From: Escherichia coli
GTDB lineage: Bacteria > Pseudomonadota > Gammaproteobacteria > Enterobacterales > Enterobacteriaceae
DNA: 64,000 nucleotides
Direction: 5' to 3' (one strand)
Assembly: GCF_024700885.2 (NCBI RefSeq)
Contig: NZ_CP117016.1
This document shows positions 43,694-58,189 of the stretch, one piece after another. The notes beneath the pieces were generated by a model that worked only from the letters and a program-made list of their open reading frames with translations, did no database searches and had not been told where the DNA came from. The stretch's first letter is position 1. Each line of letters starts with the position of its first letter. The translations under genes were made by a program, and so were the position numbers.

Positions 43694-45892
43694 TTAAACC
43701 ACATCCGGCAGTTTATCGAGCAGCTTATCCAGAGTGATGGGATAATCCCGTACCCGAATACCGGTGGCGTTATACACCGCGTTGGCGATAGCCGCGCTCA
43801 CGCCGCACAGGCCCAGCTCACCGACACCTTTGGCCTTCATCGGGGAGGAGATGGGGTCGGTATCATCCAGGAAAATCACCTCCTGTTTTGGGATATCCGC
43901 ATGAACCGGCACCTCATACCCCGCCATATCGTGATTAACGAAGTAGCCCAAACGGTCATCTACCGCCAGCTCCTCCATCAGTGCCGCGCCCATGCCCATA
44001 GTCATCGCGCCAATGACCTGGCTACGTGCAGTTTTCGGATTCAGGATGCGTCCTGCAGCACACACAGCGAGCATACGCCGGACCCGAACTTCTCCCGTCG
44101 CGCTATGCACGCCGACCTCCACAAAATGCCCGGCAAAGGTCGACTGCTGGTACTCCTTGCTCAGTGTTCCGAATTCAATGCTCTCTTCCGCTGTCAGTCT
44201 GCCGCCTGCGGTGGCCTCATGTAGCGTGGCGCTTCGGGTACCGTTGGTAATCTTGCCGTCGGCAAACTGCGACTGCTCAGGATCAAACCCGACTGCCGAG
44301 GCAATCATTTCGCGAAGTTTCACACAGGCGGCGTAAACGCCGGAGGTGGAGGTATTCGCGCCCCATTGTCCACCAGACCCCGCAGAAACCGGGAAACTGG
44401 AATCGCCGAGGTGAACCGCAACCTGCTCCAGCGGTACGCCAAGCATTTCCGCTGCCGTCTGGGCCAGAATGGTGTAGCTGCCAGTGCCAATATCGGTCAT
44501 GTCCGTTTCCACGGTAACGGTGCCGTTTTGTTCGAGATGAACCCGCGCACCCGATTTTTCCAGCAGATTATTGCGAAAGCCCGCCGCAACACCGTGGCCG
44601 ACTAGCCACTCCCCGTCGCGTACCTGTCCGGGTGTGGCGTTGCGCTGCTTCCAGCCAAATTTATCCGCTCCGGTGCGCAAGCACTCAATAAGCTGACGGC
44701 GAGAGAAGCGGCGCGTCGGGTCGGCGGGGTCAACCTGAGTGTCATTCAGGATGCGAAACTCGACGGGATCGATGCCCGCTTTTTCCGCCAGTTCATCGAT
44801 CGCGATTTCGAGCGCCATCAGACCGGGGGCTTCGCCGGGCGCACGCATGGCGTTCCCTTCCGGCAAATCAAGCGTGGCGAGCCGCAGGCCGGTATGACGA
44901 TTCGCCCCTGCGTAAAGAAATTCGCTTTGCTGTACCGCCGTTTCCGGCGTGCCGCCGGGCAGGTTTCCGGACCAGCTTTCATGTGAGATAGCAGTGATTT
45001 TCCCGCTCTGGTCGGCACCGATACGCAGGTGCTGAAGGGTGGCGGGGCGGTGCGTTGTGTTATTGGGAATAGTGGGGCGGGGGAGCATCACTTTAACCGG
45101 ACGTTTCACCGCACGGGCGGCGAGGGCCGCCAGCAGCGCATCGCTTCTCAGGAACAGCTTGCCGCCAAACCCTCCACCGATATACGGGGAGATAATACGC
45201 ACATTCTCCACGGGCACTTTCAGCGTTTTTGCCAGATCGGTGCGGCACCAGTCAATCATCTGATTTGAGGTCCAGAGGGTAAGCTTATTTCCATCCCAGA
45301 CGGCCATCGAGGCATGCGGCTCCATCGCCATATGGCTCTGGTCCGGGGTCGTGTAGGTAGCATCAATCTTCACCGCAGCGGAGGTGAAAGCCCCGTCAAA
45401 GTCACCAACATTTTTATCGGGCGTGTCTTCCGGCGGCTGACTGACGGCCTGTTTCTCGTCCGCCAGGGAGTAAGCTCCTTTATTACGGCGATAGTGCGCC
45501 TGCACCAGCGAGGCCGCCGCTCGTGCCTGTTCGAAGGTCTCGGCCACTACCAGCGCAATGGCCTGATGATAGTGCTCAATAGTGGGGCCGCCTAACAGCC
45601 TGGCGGTGTTTTTGTCGCCTTTGCCGAGCACCCCGGCGTTACTGGCGGTAATGACAGCCAGTACGCCCGGCGCTTTTTGCGCGGCGTCCGTATCGAGGGC
45701 GGTGAGGCATCCTTTGGCAATGGCGGAACCGACGATATAACCATAGGCGGCGTTGGGGGCTTCTTCATGCCATTCGTAGGCGTAGCGTGCCGTGCCGGTA
45801 GTTTTCAGCGGTCCGTCGATGCGGTCATGGGGACGACCGACAACCTTCAGCTGATCGATCGGGTTTTCCCCTGCGGGTTTATCAAATTTCAT
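43694..45892 (-). CDS. paoC: Aldehyde oxidoreductase molybdopterin subunit PaoC
   Basis: 732 aa, xanthine-dehydrogenase-family Mo-binding subunit. Confidence 0.94.
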   Translation of the reverse strand: MKFDKPAGENPIDQLKVVGRPHDRIDGPLKTTGTARYAYEWHEEAPNAAYGYIVGSAIAKGCLTALDTDAAQKAPGVLAVITASNAGVLGKGDKNTARLLGGPTIEHYHQAIALVVAETFEQARAAASLVQAHYRRNKGAYSLADEKQAVSQPPEDTPDKNVGDFDGAFTSAAVKIDATYTTPDQSHMAMEPHASMAVWDGNKLTLWTSNQMIDWCRTDLAKTLKVPVENVRIISPYIGGGFGGKLFLRSDALLAALAARAVKRPVKVMLPRPTIPNNTTHRPATLQHLRIGADQSGKITAISHESWSGNLPGGTPETAVQQSEFLYAGANRHTGLRLATLDLPEGNAMRAPGEAPGLMALEIAIDELAEKAGIDPVEFRILNDTQVDPADPTRRFSRRQLIECLRTGADKFGWKQRNATPGQVRDGEWLVGHGVAAGFRNNLLEKSGARVHLEQNGTVTVETDMTDIGTGSYTILAQTAAEMLGVPLEQVAVHLGDSSFPVSAGSGGQWGANTSTSGVYAACVKLREMIASAVGFDPEQSQFADGKITNGTRSATLHEATAGGRLTAEESIEFGTLSKEYQQSTFAGHFVEVGVHSATGEVRVRRMLAVCAAGRILNPKTARSQVIGAMTMGMGAALMEELAVDDRLGYFVNHDMAGYEVPVHADIPKQEVIFLDDTDPISSPMKAKGVGELGLCGVSAAIANAVYNATGIRVRDYPITLDKLLDKLPDVV

Positions 45893-46845
45893 GCCTGTGC
45901 CCTCGCTTCAGCCAGTACGGAGGCAAGCGTTCGCTTCGCCAACAGGAGTTTAAAGGTGTTTTCAGCGGTGGGATGGGCGCTGGCGAACAGCGCGTCATAT
46001 ACGGCCTGCGCCCCCTGGGATAGCTGAGCATCCGCAGCCTCAATGCGCCAGGGCTTATGTGCTACTCCGCCCAGCGCGACGCGCCCGCTGCCGTCAGGCT
46101 GAATAATCGCTGCGACCGATACCAGGGCAAAGGCGTAGGAGGCGCGATCGCGCACCTTACGGTAAATATGTTTTCCGCCGAGCGGCGGAGGTAACGTCAC
46201 CGCAACGATAAGCTCACCGGGAAGCAGGGCGGTTTCAATGTGCGGCGTTTTTCCCGGAGGGTGATAAAAATCAGCCAGTGTGATACTGCGAGTCTTTCCC
46301 TCCGGCGTGATGGTTTCCACCACCGCATCCAGCAACCGCATTGCGACCGCCATATCGCTCGGATGGGTGGCAATGCAGGCTTCGCTTACGCCTACCACCG
46401 CGTGCTGACGGCTAAAGCCTTCAAGTGCCGCGCAGCCGCTCCCGGGCAGGCGCTTATTGCAGGGCTGATTGGTGTCGTAAAAATAGGGGCAGCGCGTGCG
46501 CTGGAGCAGATTACCTGCGGTGGTTGCCTGATTACGTAACTGACCAGACGCGCCAGCGAGCAGGGCGCGGGAGAGTACCGCGTAATCACGACGCACGCGC
46601 TCGTGAGCTGCCAGGTCGGTGTTCCGTACCAGTGCGCCGATGCGCAGCCCACCCGCGTCGGTCACTTCAATCTTATCGAGCCCGAGCCCGTTCACATCGA
46701 TAAGGTGGGTTGGCGTTTCAATTTCCAGCTTCATCAGGTCCAGCAGATTGGTCCCGCCCGCGATAAATTTTGCGCCGGGTACGCGCTGAGCGCTAAGTGC
46801 CGCCTCGGCCGGGGTGTTCACTCGTTCATAGGTAAACGCCTTCAT
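45889..46845 (-). CDS. paoB: Aldehyde oxidoreductase FAD subunit PaoB
   Basis: 318 aa; FAD-binding [14 protein letters not shown]-coupled to paoA and paoC. Confidence 0.94.
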   Translation of the reverse strand: MKAFTYERVNTPAEAALSAQRVPGAKFIAGGTNLLDLMKLEIETPTHLIDVNGLGLDKIEVTDAGGLRIGALVRNTDLAAHERVRRDYAVLSRALLAGASGQLRNQATTAGNLLQRTRCPYFYDTNQPCNKRLPGSGCAALEGFSRQHAVVGVSEACIATHPSDMAVAMRLLDAVVETITPEGKTRSITLADFYHPPGKTPHIETALLPGELIVAVTLPPPLGGKHIYRKVRDRASYAFALVSVAAIIQPDGSGRVALGGVAHKPWRIEAADAQLSQGAQAVYDALFASAHPTAENTFKLLLAKRTLASVLAEARAQA

Positions 46846-47531
46846 GATTTTATCTCCCCCGCAGCGTCTTCAATGGCGGCAAGGATGTTAGCGTATGCTC
46901 CACAGCGACAGATGTTGCCGCTCATACGTTCACGGATCTCATCGGCAGTTCTTTCTGGAGGGGAAACCAAATCGACCGTGACGTGACTGGGAATGCCGTC
47001 CTGAATCTCTTTTAGCACCGCTACTGATGAGCAAATTTGCCCGGAGGTGCAGTAGCCGCACTGGAAGCCATCATGCTTGATAAAGGCCGCCTGCATGGGG
47101 TGAAGATTCTCTGGTGAACCCAGGCCTTCAATGGTGGTGATCTCGGCCCCCTGATGCATGACTGCAAGCGTCAGGCAGGCATTAAGCCTGCGACCATTGA
47201 CCAGCACGGTACAGGCTCCGCACTGTCCGTGATCGCAACCTTTCTTGGTACCGAACAGATGCAGATTTTCACGCAAAGCGTCCAGTAGCGTGGTTCGGGT
47301 ATCCACCTCAAGCTGCTCGGTTTTGCCGTTCACCTTAAGTGTCAGGGGCATTATCTCTGGCGCGGGTGTAGCTGCCGGAACGCTTGCTGCAAGCGTAGAA
47401 TGAGGATAAACCACGGCGGTCGCCGCCGTTGCGGCGCTGACTTTAATCAGATCGCGACGGGTCAAACTAAAATCGTGCGGCTCGTGCTTCCCAACCCGAT
47501 TATCTTCGGGGTATTCGCCTTGGTTGCTCAT
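46842..47531 (-). CDS. paoA: Aldehyde oxidoreductase [2Fe-2S] subunit PaoA (Tat-exported)
   Basis: 229 aa; twin-arginine signal [16 protein letters not shown]; ferredoxin cysteines [10 protein letters not shown] and CGYCTSG. Confidence 0.94.
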   Translation of the reverse strand: MSNQGEYPEDNRVGKHEPHDFSLTRRDLIKVSAATAATAVVYPHSTLAASVPAATPAPEIMPLTLKVNGKTEQLEVDTRTTLLDALRENLHLFGTKKGCDHGQCGACTVLVNGRRLNACLTLAVMHQGAEITTIEGLGSPENLHPMQAAFIKHDGFQCGYCTSGQICSSVAVLKEIQDGIPSHVTVDLVSPPERTADEIRERMSGNICRCGAYANILAAIEDAAGEIKS

Positions 47532-47937
47532 ACCAGGCCTCCGGTATTCTAAAGGGGAAAATAAGAGAGCGTTGCGAGAGTGCTGATGCTTTTTTAAACG
47601 TTAAGCATAGTCGGTGAGAGCAGGAGGATTATTCTTAAAACGCGAATGCAGCTATGAGCCCGGCTAATTAATTCATATTCGCCGATGACGGGAGCTCGTT
47701 TATTGCTTTAGTTGTGCGATGCAAAAACCGATAAGGAAACCTGTGATTGTCAGCTCTGCATCACCCTACAAATCTTTGTCACTTCTAACATAAAAATAGG
47801 GAGAAATGATGGTGCTTATATTCATTGGCGATTAGGAAACTATCTTGTTATACAAAACAATACAGTTCTTTACATTTGTCTTGTTTTATGAATACTCCTG
47901 AAGAGGTGTATAACATAATGGTACAAGCAGGGTAGAT

Positions 47938-48552
47938 ATGAATATATTTGAACAAACTCCACCGAACCGCAGACGTTATGGTCTTGCTGCATTCATTGGG
48001 CTGATTGCTGGCGTTGTTTCCGCATTTGTGAAGTGGGGGGCTGAAGTTCCATTGCCGCCACGTAGCCCGGTGGATATGTTTAATGCAGCGTGTGGCCCGG
48101 AATCATTAATCAGGGCTGCTGGGCAAATTGATTGCTCCCGTAATTTTCTCAATCCTCCGTATGTTTTTCTTCGAGACTGGCTAGGGCTGACAGATCCCAA
48201 TGCGGCTGTTTATACCTTTGCCGGGCATGTCTTTAACTGGGTTGGCGTTACGCACATTATCTTTTCGATAGTGTTTGCTGTCGGTTATTGTGTGGTTGCT
48301 GAAGTATTTCCAAAAATTAAACTCTGGCAGGGCTTACTGGCAGGTGCTTTAGCCCAACTTTTTGTTCATATGATTTCATTCCCTCTCATGGGACTGACGC
48401 CACCTCTGTTTGATCTCCCGTGGTATGAGAATGTTTCTGAAATTTTTGGACATTTAGTCTGGTTCTGGTCCATTGAAATTATTCGCAGAGATTTACGAAA
48501 CAGAATTACTCATGAGCCAGACCCTGAGATCCCTTTAGGCTCAAACAGATAA
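47938..48552 (+). CDS. yagU: Inner-membrane acid-resistance protein YagU (DUF1440)
   Basis: 204 aa [34 protein letters not shown]... Confidence 0.93.
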   Translation: MNIFEQTPPNRRRYGLAAFIGLIAGVVSAFVKWGAEVPLPPRSPVDMFNAACGPESLIRAAGQIDCSRNFLNPPYVFLRDWLGLTDPNAAVYTFAGHVFNWVGVTHIIFSIVFAVGYCVVAEVFPKIKLWQGLLAGALAQLFVHMISFPLMGLTPPLFDLPWYENVSEIFGHLVWFWSIEIIRRDLRNRITHEPDPEIPLGSNR

Positions 48553-48565
48553 TGCATTGAATAAT

Positions 48566-48594
48566 AAAAATGGCGCAAATGCAGCGCCATTTTT
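48566..48594 (+). terminator. Terminator after yagU
   Basis: aaaaatggcgc aaatgca gcgccattttt. Confidence 0.8.
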
Positions 48595-48743
48595 ATAGGT
48601 TAAAAACATTGCTTTTTACTTTCTGAAGCAGATAGCCAGTGAGTACATCGCGCTACTTCAGGATGCTGTAGATCCGGAGAACACTATAGAGGAAGATGCA
48701 TTGTTGCTGGCAGATGGAAGAAGTTTCGGGTTTTGTTATCCCT

Positions 48744-48778
48744 GAAAAACGAAGCCCCGCGGTTATAGCTGGCGGGGC
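48744..48778 (-). terminator. Terminator after ykgJ
   Basis: gccccgc/gcggggc stem followed on the reverse strand by cgttttt. Confidence 0.65.
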
Positions 48779-48800
48779 AGTGCAATTAATTATTGCATAT

Positions 48801-49130
48801 TTATAACGGTGTCAGCCCGTATTTAGCTCTTGCACGATTGCAAGCCTCATTGACGACTCCGTTCTCACCAGACATGGCGAATTCTCTGCACGTGGACGAT
48901 CGATTTTTATATATCGTGCAGCAGGCATTTTTGCCCGGTGTTCCTGCAAGGGCAATACATCGGGGGTTTTTCTGATTGGTACCGCTCATGCATCGGTGAA
49001 AAGGGGATATTTGTTCAGTGAGCCTGGCGGGAATGGTACCGCCAGCATCGTCGGCTTCGGCCCAGTAAAAAGAGACGCGGAAAAATGCACAACAGGCACC
49101 ACACGTCATGCATGGATTCAGATTGCTCAT
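48801..49130 (-). CDS. ykgJ: Zinc/iron-chelating cysteine-cluster protein YkgJ
   Basis: 109 aa [23 protein letters not shown]... Confidence 0.92.
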
Positions 49131-49443
49131 AATTCACCAGTACAGCTATAAATCGTAAAGAGAACAACGGTACATCGTATGTAAGAACGTACCGCGGTTG
49201 GCTGGGGAACTTTCGATAGTGTGAGTATTGAATGATTTCCAGCCGTTACCGATTTTACGTACTAATTCGTGAATAAACCACTCGTTAGCAGGCTGCCTGG
49301 TACCTTTCCGTGTCTCCTGAACACTATGGTGTACATATGAGAAAGCCCATCGTTACAGGTGACATTGACGATCGCTTCCACATCATTTAATCGATTATTT
49401 GAGTCTCTGAGGTGGAATTCTTCCCTCGTCCGATGGATAAGTC

Positions 49444-50154
49444 TTAGTCCGCCGAAGGGGGCTTAGCAGGACAGGAATCGCTAATCTTAATGAATTTGTC
49501 GTTATAGACCAGATAATGATTCCCCGGCTGACGTAACTCAGGCTGATGAACCACGTCTCCCGGACGTAGATACCAGGCGTCGCCTTCCTCTTCGGTCGAA
49601 TCACATCCTGGTTTAATCAGTAGCTTAAACCACGTGTTGCCGGTGTTACTTACCGTTCCTTTCACCTGGTCGAAGGACCATCTAAACTGAACCTGACGAG
49701 GTCGTACTACCAGAATGGTATCCATCACCACCACCGGCTCCGTGCTGACCTCGCCGCCGGTCGGGCTACGTCTTGTCTGGTTGCGAGTGGGGACCTCGCG
49801 AAATGAGACCCGGTAGTAGCGCTCGCGGTTATCCCGTGGACCATGATAGTAAAATTTAAAATACTCGCTCTCACCAGCCTGCAACGCCAGCTGGCGGGGG
49901 GCGAAAAGCAGTTCACCATCCACCGGTCGGGTGCGCAATTCACTGCTGCCCGGGCTATCGATAGCACTGATGGCAATACGGTATATCCGTGCGCTTTTGT
50001 TGTTATTCACTACACGTTTGCTGACAAAGTCAGTCTCGGACGGCAGCGAAAATGTCAGATTGCCGACCGAAATCGCCTGTGTCAAAGGTGCCGCTAGCAT
50101 ACAGACCACTGTCAGCAGGGCCTTAGTTAATGTTACGCCACGTCGCCTGAACAT
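49444..50154 (-). CDS. ecpE: E. coli common pilus chaperone EcpE (YagV)
   Basis: ORF 49444-50199; [27 protein letters not shown] from M16 gives 236 aa. Confidence 0.9.
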   Translation of the reverse strand: MFRRRGVTLTKALLTVVCMLAAPLTQAISVGNLTFSLPSETDFVSKRVVNNNKSARIYRIAISAIDSPGSSELRTRPVDGELLFAPRQLALQAGESEYFKFYYHGPRDNRERYYRVSFREVPTRNQTRRSPTGGEVSTEPVVVMDTILVVRPRQVQFRWSFDQVKGTVSNTGNTWFKLLIKPGCDSTEEEGDAWYLRPGDVVHQPELRQPGNHYLVYNDKFIKISDSCPAKPPSAD

Positions 50155-51766
50155 GAATTTCTCCTGAAGCGCTGACTTCGCCAAACCAGCCGTTATCATC
50201 TACCGTACGCAGCGAAATGGCGTTATCCATTGGAATCGAAAATTTGACAGTGGTCTTATCCATCTGCCCCACTTCGCCAGAGATATCAGTCCACGGTGTA
50301 GTCAGCCACAGCGCATCGGTCATATCCCGCCAGCTATCATCGCACCCGGCATCGTAGGTTTTTGTAGCTCCGTTGCGGGTAATAAAGGAAAGCGTCGCCG
50401 GGAACGGTACTTTCGCCTTACCGTCATCGGAGCTGAAGACACAATAGGAGCGCCCGCCAATCACCTGCGCGGGTCCGGTCACCTTGATCAGCACTTCGTC
50501 GGCAGCTGTTTTACCGCTGGTGGTTACGATATAGCCGAAATCGAGTGCCGACTCGCCGCTGCCGACATATCCCTCCCGCGACGGTGTCTGAGTATATTCA
50601 TCGGAGATAATACTGATGCTGAAATCACGGGGTTTGATAATCAGCGTGTTGGAGGTAGAAAATTCATACCAGCCAGACTCCGGTGATGTCGTGTTCTGAA
50701 AGCGAAAGTTGAATAGATCTTTGGTGTTGATATCGCTGATCCCGAGGTTCACCATCTGCTTAAAGAAGTTGCTCGAGAAGAAAACATAGATCGAGTCTGC
50801 GCTCTTCATCTCGTTGAAGGTGTAGTAATAGGCAGTATTGCTCACCGGTTTCCATGAACTGCCATTCAGACTGAACTGCATATCGTACGCCCCGACGGCC
50901 GAGGCTAACGACGAGTTGGCGATCGCCGGGAATATATGGATTGAGATGTTGCTGAGTCCGTTTGTTTGCAGGGTGTAGTTGACCATCTTACAACTTAATC
51001 CTGAAAGGCTGCCGATGGTTTGCGTCCGGCAGTCGGCGTTCCCTTCGCCCAGAGTCGGTACTCCGTCGCTGTTGATAAATACCTCCGCCAGCGAGTGGGT
51101 ATTTATTAACCGCAGATTTGCTGCTTTCGTATGGGTGACATTGCGAACATACCAGTTGCCGGAGGCCTGATCCTTACAACGCGCGCCGCTGCTGGCGTCA
51201 TAGTTCACAGAGGTCTGACAGGCATTGATGGTCATTGTAAAGCTGCTGCCGACGGGCATTTGTTGCATATACTGGTAAAACGCGTCTGACAACATGCCGT
51301 GCATCCACTTCGCGCCGCCGCTGGTCACCGTCGCGCCATAAAATCCACTGGCGTCGGTGGTTTGCGGCAGGATAAGACTGGTGGTCATATTACACCCTGC
51401 GTACCAGTTGATGCAGCGCAAGCCAGTTAAAGGAGATGAAACTGGTGAATTTTCCAGCCACATATCAAACTTCCAGTTGGTATAAAGGCCGGTGTTGTAA
51501 CCGTTATCAATGTAGCCGAGGCTTTGCTGATAGATGGTTCCTGAACCATTGTATTTTAAACCGGTCCAGCGGTTGGCACCGGTCAGGCGCGGATCCAGCG
51601 CCCCGCCAGGCGTGACGAAAAAGTTGTCGTCTGAGTTGTTTTCGACAAACACAAACTCGCTTGCCGGTGCATCCGCCCAGGTTGTTTTGCTCACTGCAGC
51701 TCTGAGCGCGGTTGCAGGCCAGATTAGCGCAAATATTATCATCGCTATCAGTAGGTTAACTCTCAT
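50123..51766 (-). CDS. ecpD: ECP tip fimbrial adhesin EcpD (YagW)
   Basis: 547 aa with signal peptide; position in the ecp operon. Confidence 0.92.
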   Translation of the reverse strand: MRVNLLIAMIIFALIWPATALRAAVSKTTWADAPASEFVFVENNSDDNFFVTPGGALDPRLTGANRWTGLKYNGSGTIYQQSLGYIDNGYNTGLYTNWKFDMWLENSPVSSPLTGLRCINWYAGCNMTTSLILPQTTDASGFYGATVTSGGAKWMHGMLSDAFYQYMQQMPVGSSFTMTINACQTSVNYDASSGARCKDQASGNWYVRNVTHTKAANLRLINTHSLAEVFINSDGVPTLGEGNADCRTQTIGSLSGLSCKMVNYTLQTNGLSNISIHIFPAIANSSLASAVGAYDMQFSLNGSSWKPVSNTAYYYTFNEMKSADSIYVFFSSNFFKQMVNLGISDINTKDLFNFRFQNTTSPESGWYEFSTSNTLIIKPRDFSISIISDEYTQTPSREGYVGSGESALDFGYIVTTSGKTAADEVLIKVTGPAQVIGGRSYCVFSSDDGKAKVPFPATLSFITRNGATKTYDAGCDDSWRDMTDALWLTTPWTDISGEVGQMDKTTVKFSIPMDNAISLRTVDDNGWFGEVSASGEIHVQATWRNIN

Positions 51767-54281
51767 TCTCTTCTCCTGTCTGCGTCACCGCCGCCCACGA
51801 TGAGAGGCCGCTGCAGACCACATCACCGACCCAGACGGCACCGCGCGCCTGGCTGAGTTCCAGTGCCACTTCGCAGGTTTTATTGCCACTGTAGCGAAAA
51901 TCGATAGTGGGGTATTTCTTATCCACGTCCATGACAAACTCGCCGTTTTCATCGGTTCGGGTTCGGCCGATATGGTTGTTAATCCGTGCGTTAGCCAGCA
52001 GTGTGCCGTCTTCCGCACGGATACGACCGGAGACGGTAACCATCTGCTTCACCTCTGGCTCAATGACAGCGACATTGCCTGGATAGAGAGTCAGATGACT
52101 TTTGCGACCGCTGACGATATCGTAACTGTCGAGTGAGTTTTTGCTGTTCTGTAACTCCACCTCATATCTTCCATAGGGAGAGAGCGGGAGATAGTTACGC
52201 TTGCCGTTAAGCGGGAAAATCCGCCCGTTGATTTTGGCGCTGATCTGACCGTCGTCCTCCAGCCCGGTGTTGAATATCACCCCAGCGTTGCCATCAGTCC
52301 GCCCGCTGGCAGCAATGTTTTTACCCTGCCAGCCGACGCTGCCATTGGCGGTCAAGTTGGTATTGACGTAGCCGTCCGCCGCGCTATTGATGTTCAGCGT
52401 TCCGCTGGCGTAACGAGCGTCGAACTGTGCATACGCTCCACCGCTGAGGGTTTTGTCATCACCGGTATCGCCGGAGATGGCTCGTGACAGATTGGCACCA
52501 ACAGTGCGAATGGTCCCTTCATCAAACTGCTTGCGTGCTGACAGGTTTGCCATGGTGTAGCCGTTTTGATGGGTCATCCCTGCGCTAAACCAGTTGCCCA
52601 GTGGTAGCGAGAGATCGAGAGCGATATATTTTCCTGTATTGGCGCTGCTGTCGCCGTTGTTATAGCGCTGAATACCGGCCCGCAGGCCAAGCGTACCAAA
52701 GGTACCGCTGTAGACACTTTGATAGTAATCTGCCGTGTAATAATGGCTGTTGTAACGGCGGTCATCATTGTAGCTGATGCTGAATGTGCCCAGCTTCGAC
52801 CACAGTGAGTTCAGGTTGAGTGTGCCGCCGATAGCACGGTTGTCGGCATCGCTACGTCGCAATTGATTGCCAATGCGGGTTTTTTCCTGATTAACCCACA
52901 GCGAACTAAAGCCTCCCGGTAGAGTGGCGCTGATGCTGCCGATGCTGCTCCATGAGCTGTCACTGGCCAGCATATTTTGCAGGTTAACGTTGATCGCTCC
53001 CCCAAGCGGCAGCGTCAGACGGGTTTCACCCACCGCCTGATTATCGTATCCATATCCCGTTGCCGCCCAGCTAAGCGTACTCAGTGAGCCGGAGGTCGAG
53101 GCACCTGCCAGCCAACTCTCTTTGGCTGGTCGCGTCTTTTTCCCGTTTTCCGACCAGCGATCCATATGAAAGCTACCGCCCCATATCTGCCACGCCAGTG
53201 GTGCACCGACGCCGCGCCCCCGGCTAAACAGCTTATTGACCCGTTGAGTGCGTTTGCTGATCACGCGACCGTTAACGATGACCTCAACTTCCACATCGTA
53301 AATACCGTACGGTAGACCCCGGGTATCCACTTCATGATTGCCCATGGTGAAGTTCTGAACGCTTAGTAGCCGCCCATCACGGGTGAGATGTACTTCGCCC
53401 GCCGCCGGTAAAAAGGCGATCACTGGCGTGGCTGACTGGCTGCTGTCGAAGATGGTGGAGCTGGCCTGGTTTCCCCAGGAAAGGCCGTAAATCTTCCCTG
53501 CTGAAATGGCGGTCATCGGCCCTAAGGACTGCAAGTTCCAGGTGTCGAGCATTCCACCGGCAAATCGGTGACCGGCAAAATCGCGTTCATACATCGCTTT
53601 ATATAATTCACTGTCCTGTTGACCGCTACCGATCCCGTACAGCGAGCCGTCGAGCACCACGTGATGTTCGCGCAGTGCAGTAACGTTATTCAGCGACAGA
53701 TAGCTGGATGTGTTGCTCCCGCCGTTACGCAACTGGTTGTTATAGACGCCGAAGTTATAGCTCAGATTACTGCTGAGGGTGTTAACACTGGACTGCCCGA
53801 TGTCTTCGCTACGTGAGCGTAGTACGGTGCCCAGCGCTTCGCGCTTGACCACTAGCTGCAGCAGCAGTTGGCGCAAGCTGAGATCCAGCTGCGCGTTGTC
53901 AGTCAGGGGGATGGTAAGGGCCTCATTGAACGGGGCGTTCGCCAGAGCCATCAGCTGCTGTCGAGTTTGTTCGCTGACACTGGCGTTATCTTCACTCTCT
54001 TCCAGCTGTATTTTCCGGATGCGTAGCTGTCCATCATCCAGCCAGATAAAAGCGCTGCCGATTCGCTGATCGTCCTGGCGACCCTGGCTACCGGCGAGAT
54101 GAATATAAAGCGGGACGCTCATGCCGTCCTGGAGCGCCTGACTGAAGGCCTGCGGAATAATCACCCCACCTATTTGCTGCGCACTTATGTCAGCAGCGCT
54201 GGCATCGGGCTGAACGAACAAAAAGACCATGCCGAAGGCAAACTGGGCTTTCAGTCCTGGGGAGAACCGTCGTAAAGGCAT
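51756..54281 (-). CDS. ecpC: ECP outer-membrane usher EcpC (YagX)
   Basis: 841 aa. Confidence 0.92.
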   Translation of the reverse strand: MPLRRFSPGLKAQFAFGMVFLFVQPDASAADISAQQIGGVIIPQAFSQALQDGMSVPLYIHLAGSQGRQDDQRIGSAFIWLDDGQLRIRKIQLEESEDNASVSEQTRQQLMALANAPFNEALTIPLTDNAQLDLSLRQLLLQLVVKREALGTVLRSRSEDIGQSSVNTLSSNLSYNFGVYNNQLRNGGSNTSSYLSLNNVTALREHHVVLDGSLYGIGSGQQDSELYKAMYERDFAGHRFAGGMLDTWNLQSLGPMTAISAGKIYGLSWGNQASSTIFDSSQSATPVIAFLPAAGEVHLTRDGRLLSVQNFTMGNHEVDTRGLPYGIYDVEVEVIVNGRVISKRTQRVNKLFSRGRGVGAPLAWQIWGGSFHMDRWSENGKKTRPAKESWLAGASTSGSLSTLSWAATGYGYDNQAVGETRLTLPLGGAINVNLQNMLASDSSWSSIGSISATLPGGFSSLWVNQEKTRIGNQLRRSDADNRAIGGTLNLNSLWSKLGTFSISYNDDRRYNSHYYTADYYQSVYSGTFGTLGLRAGIQRYNNGDSSANTGKYIALDLSLPLGNWFSAGMTHQNGYTMANLSARKQFDEGTIRTVGANLSRAISGDTGDDKTLSGGAYAQFDARYASGTLNINSAADGYVNTNLTANGSVGWQGKNIAASGRTDGNAGVIFNTGLEDDGQISAKINGRIFPLNGKRNYLPLSPYGRYEVELQNSKNSLDSYDIVSGRKSHLTLYPGNVAVIEPEVKQMVTVSGRIRAEDGTLLANARINNHIGRTRTDENGEFVMDVDKKYPTIDFRYSGNKTCEVALELSQARGAVWVGDVVCSGLSSWAAVTQTGEENES

Positions 54282-54306
54282 TGTCGTTATCCATCTGCAC
54301 AGCTAT

Positions 54307-54975
54307 CTATTTCACGGGAATGAACTTATCACCCTGCCAAAGTGCAACCCGTCCTTTGTTATCCGCCGTGTCCACGCGGGTAAAACGACGCGACTTGCCC
54401 GGCATCAGGTAGTAATTCTCTTTACACTCCTTACCATTGGCGGCTTTCAGGCAGGGGCCGTAGGCGAGGATCCGCAGCGTCGCATTTCCTGTATTTGTCA
54501 GGGAGCCGTTGGCGTACTGAAAGCGGTAGTTCGCCTGGCGGGGGGCGACGACCAGAATGGTGCCGATGCGGGCGGAAGCAGTGGCTACAGCGCTGCGGTT
54601 GGCATTATCGCGCTGCGCATCACTGAGGGCCTGATCGAACCAGACAATGCGGTAATAGCGCTCTTTCTCATCTACTGGTCCCTTATAGAAGAAGCGGATC
54701 ACTTCGCTGGCTTGGGCGGGTAGCAGCAAGCTAGCGGGAGTGAGTAGCAACTCATCCGGCTTGTCCATTGAGATAACCTGCCCGTCGTCAAGCGGTGAAG
54801 AGAGCCGTTCGAGACGGATATTGATGAGGCGGCCACTGTCGGTACTGTTTTGGATCGTTTTGCTCAGCGTGCTGCTGTCACTGTTCATAAACGATGATAT
54901 ATCGCCGACATCCAGCGCCTGGGCCGGAGATATTCCGGAAAACAGCAGAGCGAGAGGCAGAAGGTGCTTTTTCAT
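54307..54975 (-). CDS. ecpB: ECP periplasmic chaperone EcpB (YagY)
   Basis: 222 aa [20 protein letters not shown]... Confidence 0.92.
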   Translation of the reverse strand: MKKHLLPLALLFSGISPAQALDVGDISSFMNSDSSTLSKTIQNSTDSGRLINIRLERLSSPLDDGQVISMDKPDELLLTPASLLLPAQASEVIRFFYKGPVDEKERYYRIVWFDQALSDAQRDNANRSAVATASARIGTILVVAPRQANYRFQYANGSLTNTGNATLRILAYGPCLKAANGKECKENYYLMPGKSRRFTRVDTADNKGRVALWQGDKFIPVK

Positions 54976-55032
54976 AACAATTCCGTCCAGGAATAAAGCA
55001 GGGGGGCTACCCCTGCTGGTACATCAGAGAGA

Positions 55033-55620
55033 TTAACTGGTCCAGGTCGCGTCGAACTGTACGCTAACGTCGCCGCTCCAGATGCCTTCCGGTAGAGTGC
55101 TGTAATCGGTTACTGCGGTGGTACCATTGGTGGTGCCGCTGATGATGGTGAAGGTGAAACCATCCTGTGCGGTGGTACGATTGCTGGCATTGTAACCGTT
55201 AGCCAGCGGGCTAAGGTTGCCGCCCAGTACGCCGTTGGCGGTATCGATCATCACGGTATCGCCAGTTTTTTCGACTGCCGCGCCGTTATAATCCACGCCC
55301 ACATTCAGTGTGGAACCTGAGGTATCCAACTGGGTTAATGTGTTGGTGATAAGACGTGAGGTCAGTTTAAAGGCGGTAGCCGTTGAGTCACCTTCGATAG
55401 CCACGTCAAATAGACCTTTCTGTGAGTTAAAACCTTTAATGCCTTCGGCATACTGGAACGCCAGGCTACCGAGTGGCGTCACAACCAGCTTACTGGTGGT
55501 GTCTTTTTTGGCTGTTGCTGACCAGGTCGCTACAGCCTGAGCTGTTACGTCAGCAGCCTGCGCCACACCCATGCCGGTAAACACCGTTACCAGAGCTATT
55601 GCCAGAACCTTTTTTTTCAT
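55033..55620 (-). CDS. ecpA: ECP major pilin EcpA (MatB/YagZ)
   Basis: 195 aa [46 protein letters not shown]... Confidence 0.94.
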   Translation of the reverse strand: MKKKVLAIALVTVFTGMGVAQAADVTAQAVATWSATAKKDTTSKLVVTPLGSLAFQYAEGIKGFNSQKGLFDVAIEGDSTATAFKLTSRLITNTLTQLDTSGSTLNVGVDYNGAAVEKTGDTVMIDTANGVLGGNLSPLANGYNASNRTTAQDGFTFTIISGTTNGTTAVTDYSTLPEGIWSGDVSVQFDATWTS

Positions 55621-55693
55621 TGCTTTTCTTCCCGAGTTGAATTGAGGACATGAAGTCCCGGTGAGTCATTTTTAAAACTAACTTGCCTGGAGT

Positions 55694-56305
<612 letters not shown>

Positions 56306-56688
56306 TTACAGGTGCATTCAGTTTCCTTAGTAAACCGGAGGTAAATAAGATACGTAGTACATATCAATAAAGGTTAAACGAGATTAAGTTTAATTATTTT
56401 CGATTGGGCTTAAATTTATGTTTTTTTCCCGATGAGTGTCAATATGTGAACGGAAAAGGAATTCAATGGTTAAGTCAATATTTAGAAAAACTGAAAATAT
56501 TGCTTTTTTGATAAGAAGAAAAAGACATTTAGTTTCATAAGGTTATTGGCAATATAACGTTCATTTCTTACTTGCATTTTATATTGGTCAGGAACTTTGC
56601 CCTGAAGTGTTAGGAATAGTCTTAATGCGCTGTGTGATGGACTAGTAAAAAAACAAGTTTTAAGGGTAAGGGATAGAATATAAAACTA

Positions 56689-56913
56689 TTATGAGCTGTC
56701 ATTGAAGATGATTTGCCAATCAGTAAGATATTTTAATGGATTAACATGCCGCACAAAATGGTTATAGGTGTTCATTACAATAAGTGATGGAAAATTGAAC
56801 GGGTATAAGTACGTCATCTGTTCGGTAAGTCCCCCAAGAGCCAAATTAAGTGAAGTTAAACGAAGGCTGCCAGCTGTCACAGGAACGATGGCCTCTTTGT
56901 CAGGGCACTGCAT
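56689..56913 (-). CDS. ykgL: Small protein of unknown function at the ykgL position
   Basis: 74-aa ORF between ecpR and ykgO; assignment by synteny only. Confidence 0.4.
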   Translation of the reverse strand: MQCPDKEAIVPVTAGSLRLTSLNLALGGLTEQMTYLYPFNFPSLIVMNTYNHFVRHVNPLKYLTDWQIIFNDSS

Positions 56914-57319
56914 TCAGTCATCTGTGCGCATTACTCTAACTGGCACTCGAACGTCAGCGACGGGGTTACCGGTGGATCAGGCTGTTCCTGTGGCGTAAAC
57001 GTTTTTATGTTAGTACCAACAGATTTACCACATTTATCATCTTAACAGTTTGAGTGAAAATGCAGGCTGCGCCGCAAAGGGAGGAGACTGATGGCGTGTT
57101 CAGTCTAAAAGAGGGTTGATGCCAGCATACAGGGGCGAAGCTGGTCAACACGTCAACATTAATATAATGGAATATTCGGAGAGAAACGTCAGGCAGTTGA
57201 CCTTAAATGAACAGGAAGATACATCCCCAGGAAAATTAATGCTGGTGTAATAAATACACCAACATTAATCCGGTCTGATTATTAATCAGACAAATATCGT
57301 TAATTCGTCGAATTTTAAA

Positions 57320-57460
57320 TCAACGTTTTTTCTTACGACCCTGAACGGCCTTAAAACGTGGATTAGATTTACAAATCACATACAGCCGTCCTTTTCGCTT
57401 CACAATCTGACAGTCTGGATGGCGTTCTTTTGCGGTACGCAGAGAGTTAAGGACTTTCAT
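57320..57460 (-). CDS. ykgO: Zinc-independent ribosomal protein L36 paralogue (RpmJ2)
   Basis: 46-aa ORF translated by hand: [46 protein letters not shown]; start overlaps the ykgM stop (TGATG). Confidence 0.9.
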   Translation of the reverse strand: MKVLNSLRTAKERHPDCQIVKRKGRLYVICKSNPRFKAVQGRKKKR

Positions 57461-57723
57461 CATGCCTCCTTTTTCGTGCTAACAAAACGACCAAAACGTT
57501 GGGTGAACCGTGCAACATTTCCTTCTGATGCCACTGTTCTCAGCTTCCCTGTATAGAACGGGTGCGATTTCGAAGAGACATCAATTGTTACGTACGGATA
57601 CGTTACGCCATCCAGCTCAATCTCACGGTCTGTTTTGATAGTCGAGCCGATTTTAAAGTACTCATCAACACTGGTGTCATGGAACACCACAGTACGATAC
57701 TCAGGATGGATATTGGGTTTCAT
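57460..57723 (-). CDS. ykgM: Zinc-independent ribosomal protein L31 paralogue (RpmE2)
   Basis: 87 aa [60 protein letters not shown]... Confidence 0.93.
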   Translation of the reverse strand: MKPNIHPEYRTVVFHDTSVDEYFKIGSTIKTDREIELDGVTYPYVTIDVSSKSHPFYTGKLRTVASEGNVARFTQRFGRFVSTKKEA

Positions 57724-57733
57724 CATTTTTACC

Positions 57734-57753
57734 GGTTATGTTATAACATAACC
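57734..57753. promoter_or_regulatory. Zur box controlling ykgM-ykgO
   Basis: Perfect 20-bp palindrome GGTTATGTTATAACATAACC, 10 nt upstream of the ykgM start. Confidence 0.85.
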
Positions 57754-58087
57754 GCAAAGATACATGCTCATCCGGATCATTTCAACACCCAATCCCTGTG
57801 ACTATTTGTAGGATGTGGAATTTCCGCAACGGAGAAGTCTGGTATTGTTAGCAGCCATTGGCGACGCTCTCATAAACGCCTGGATGAGTGATTGATGATG
57901 GTTTCGCTGAGAGTATGAATTTTTCGAGAATGGAGGCTATCTCCACTTTACTGGCCGATGATTTATCGCAGTTTGATTGATTACCTGACAGCGTGTATTC
58001 CTCTCCCACGGATATAATAATTACTTACAAAAAAGGGAGAGGATGCATATTTTAAATATCACTGCAGTGAACAGTTTATTGCCGTTA

Positions 58088-58189
58088 TTAATAGAAATGG
58101 AGAAATAAATAGGCGTATTCTACAATTGCGACAAAAACAACGATATTAATCAGTTTATGACTGATTTGCTGTACTTTATTCTCTTTCAT
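58088..58189 (-). CDS. ykgR: Small membrane protein YkgR (33 aa)
   Basis: Translated by hand: MKENKVQQISHKLINIVVFVAIVEYAYLFLHFY*. Confidence 0.8.
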   Translation of the reverse strand: MKENKVQQISHKLINIVVFVAIVEYAYLFLHFY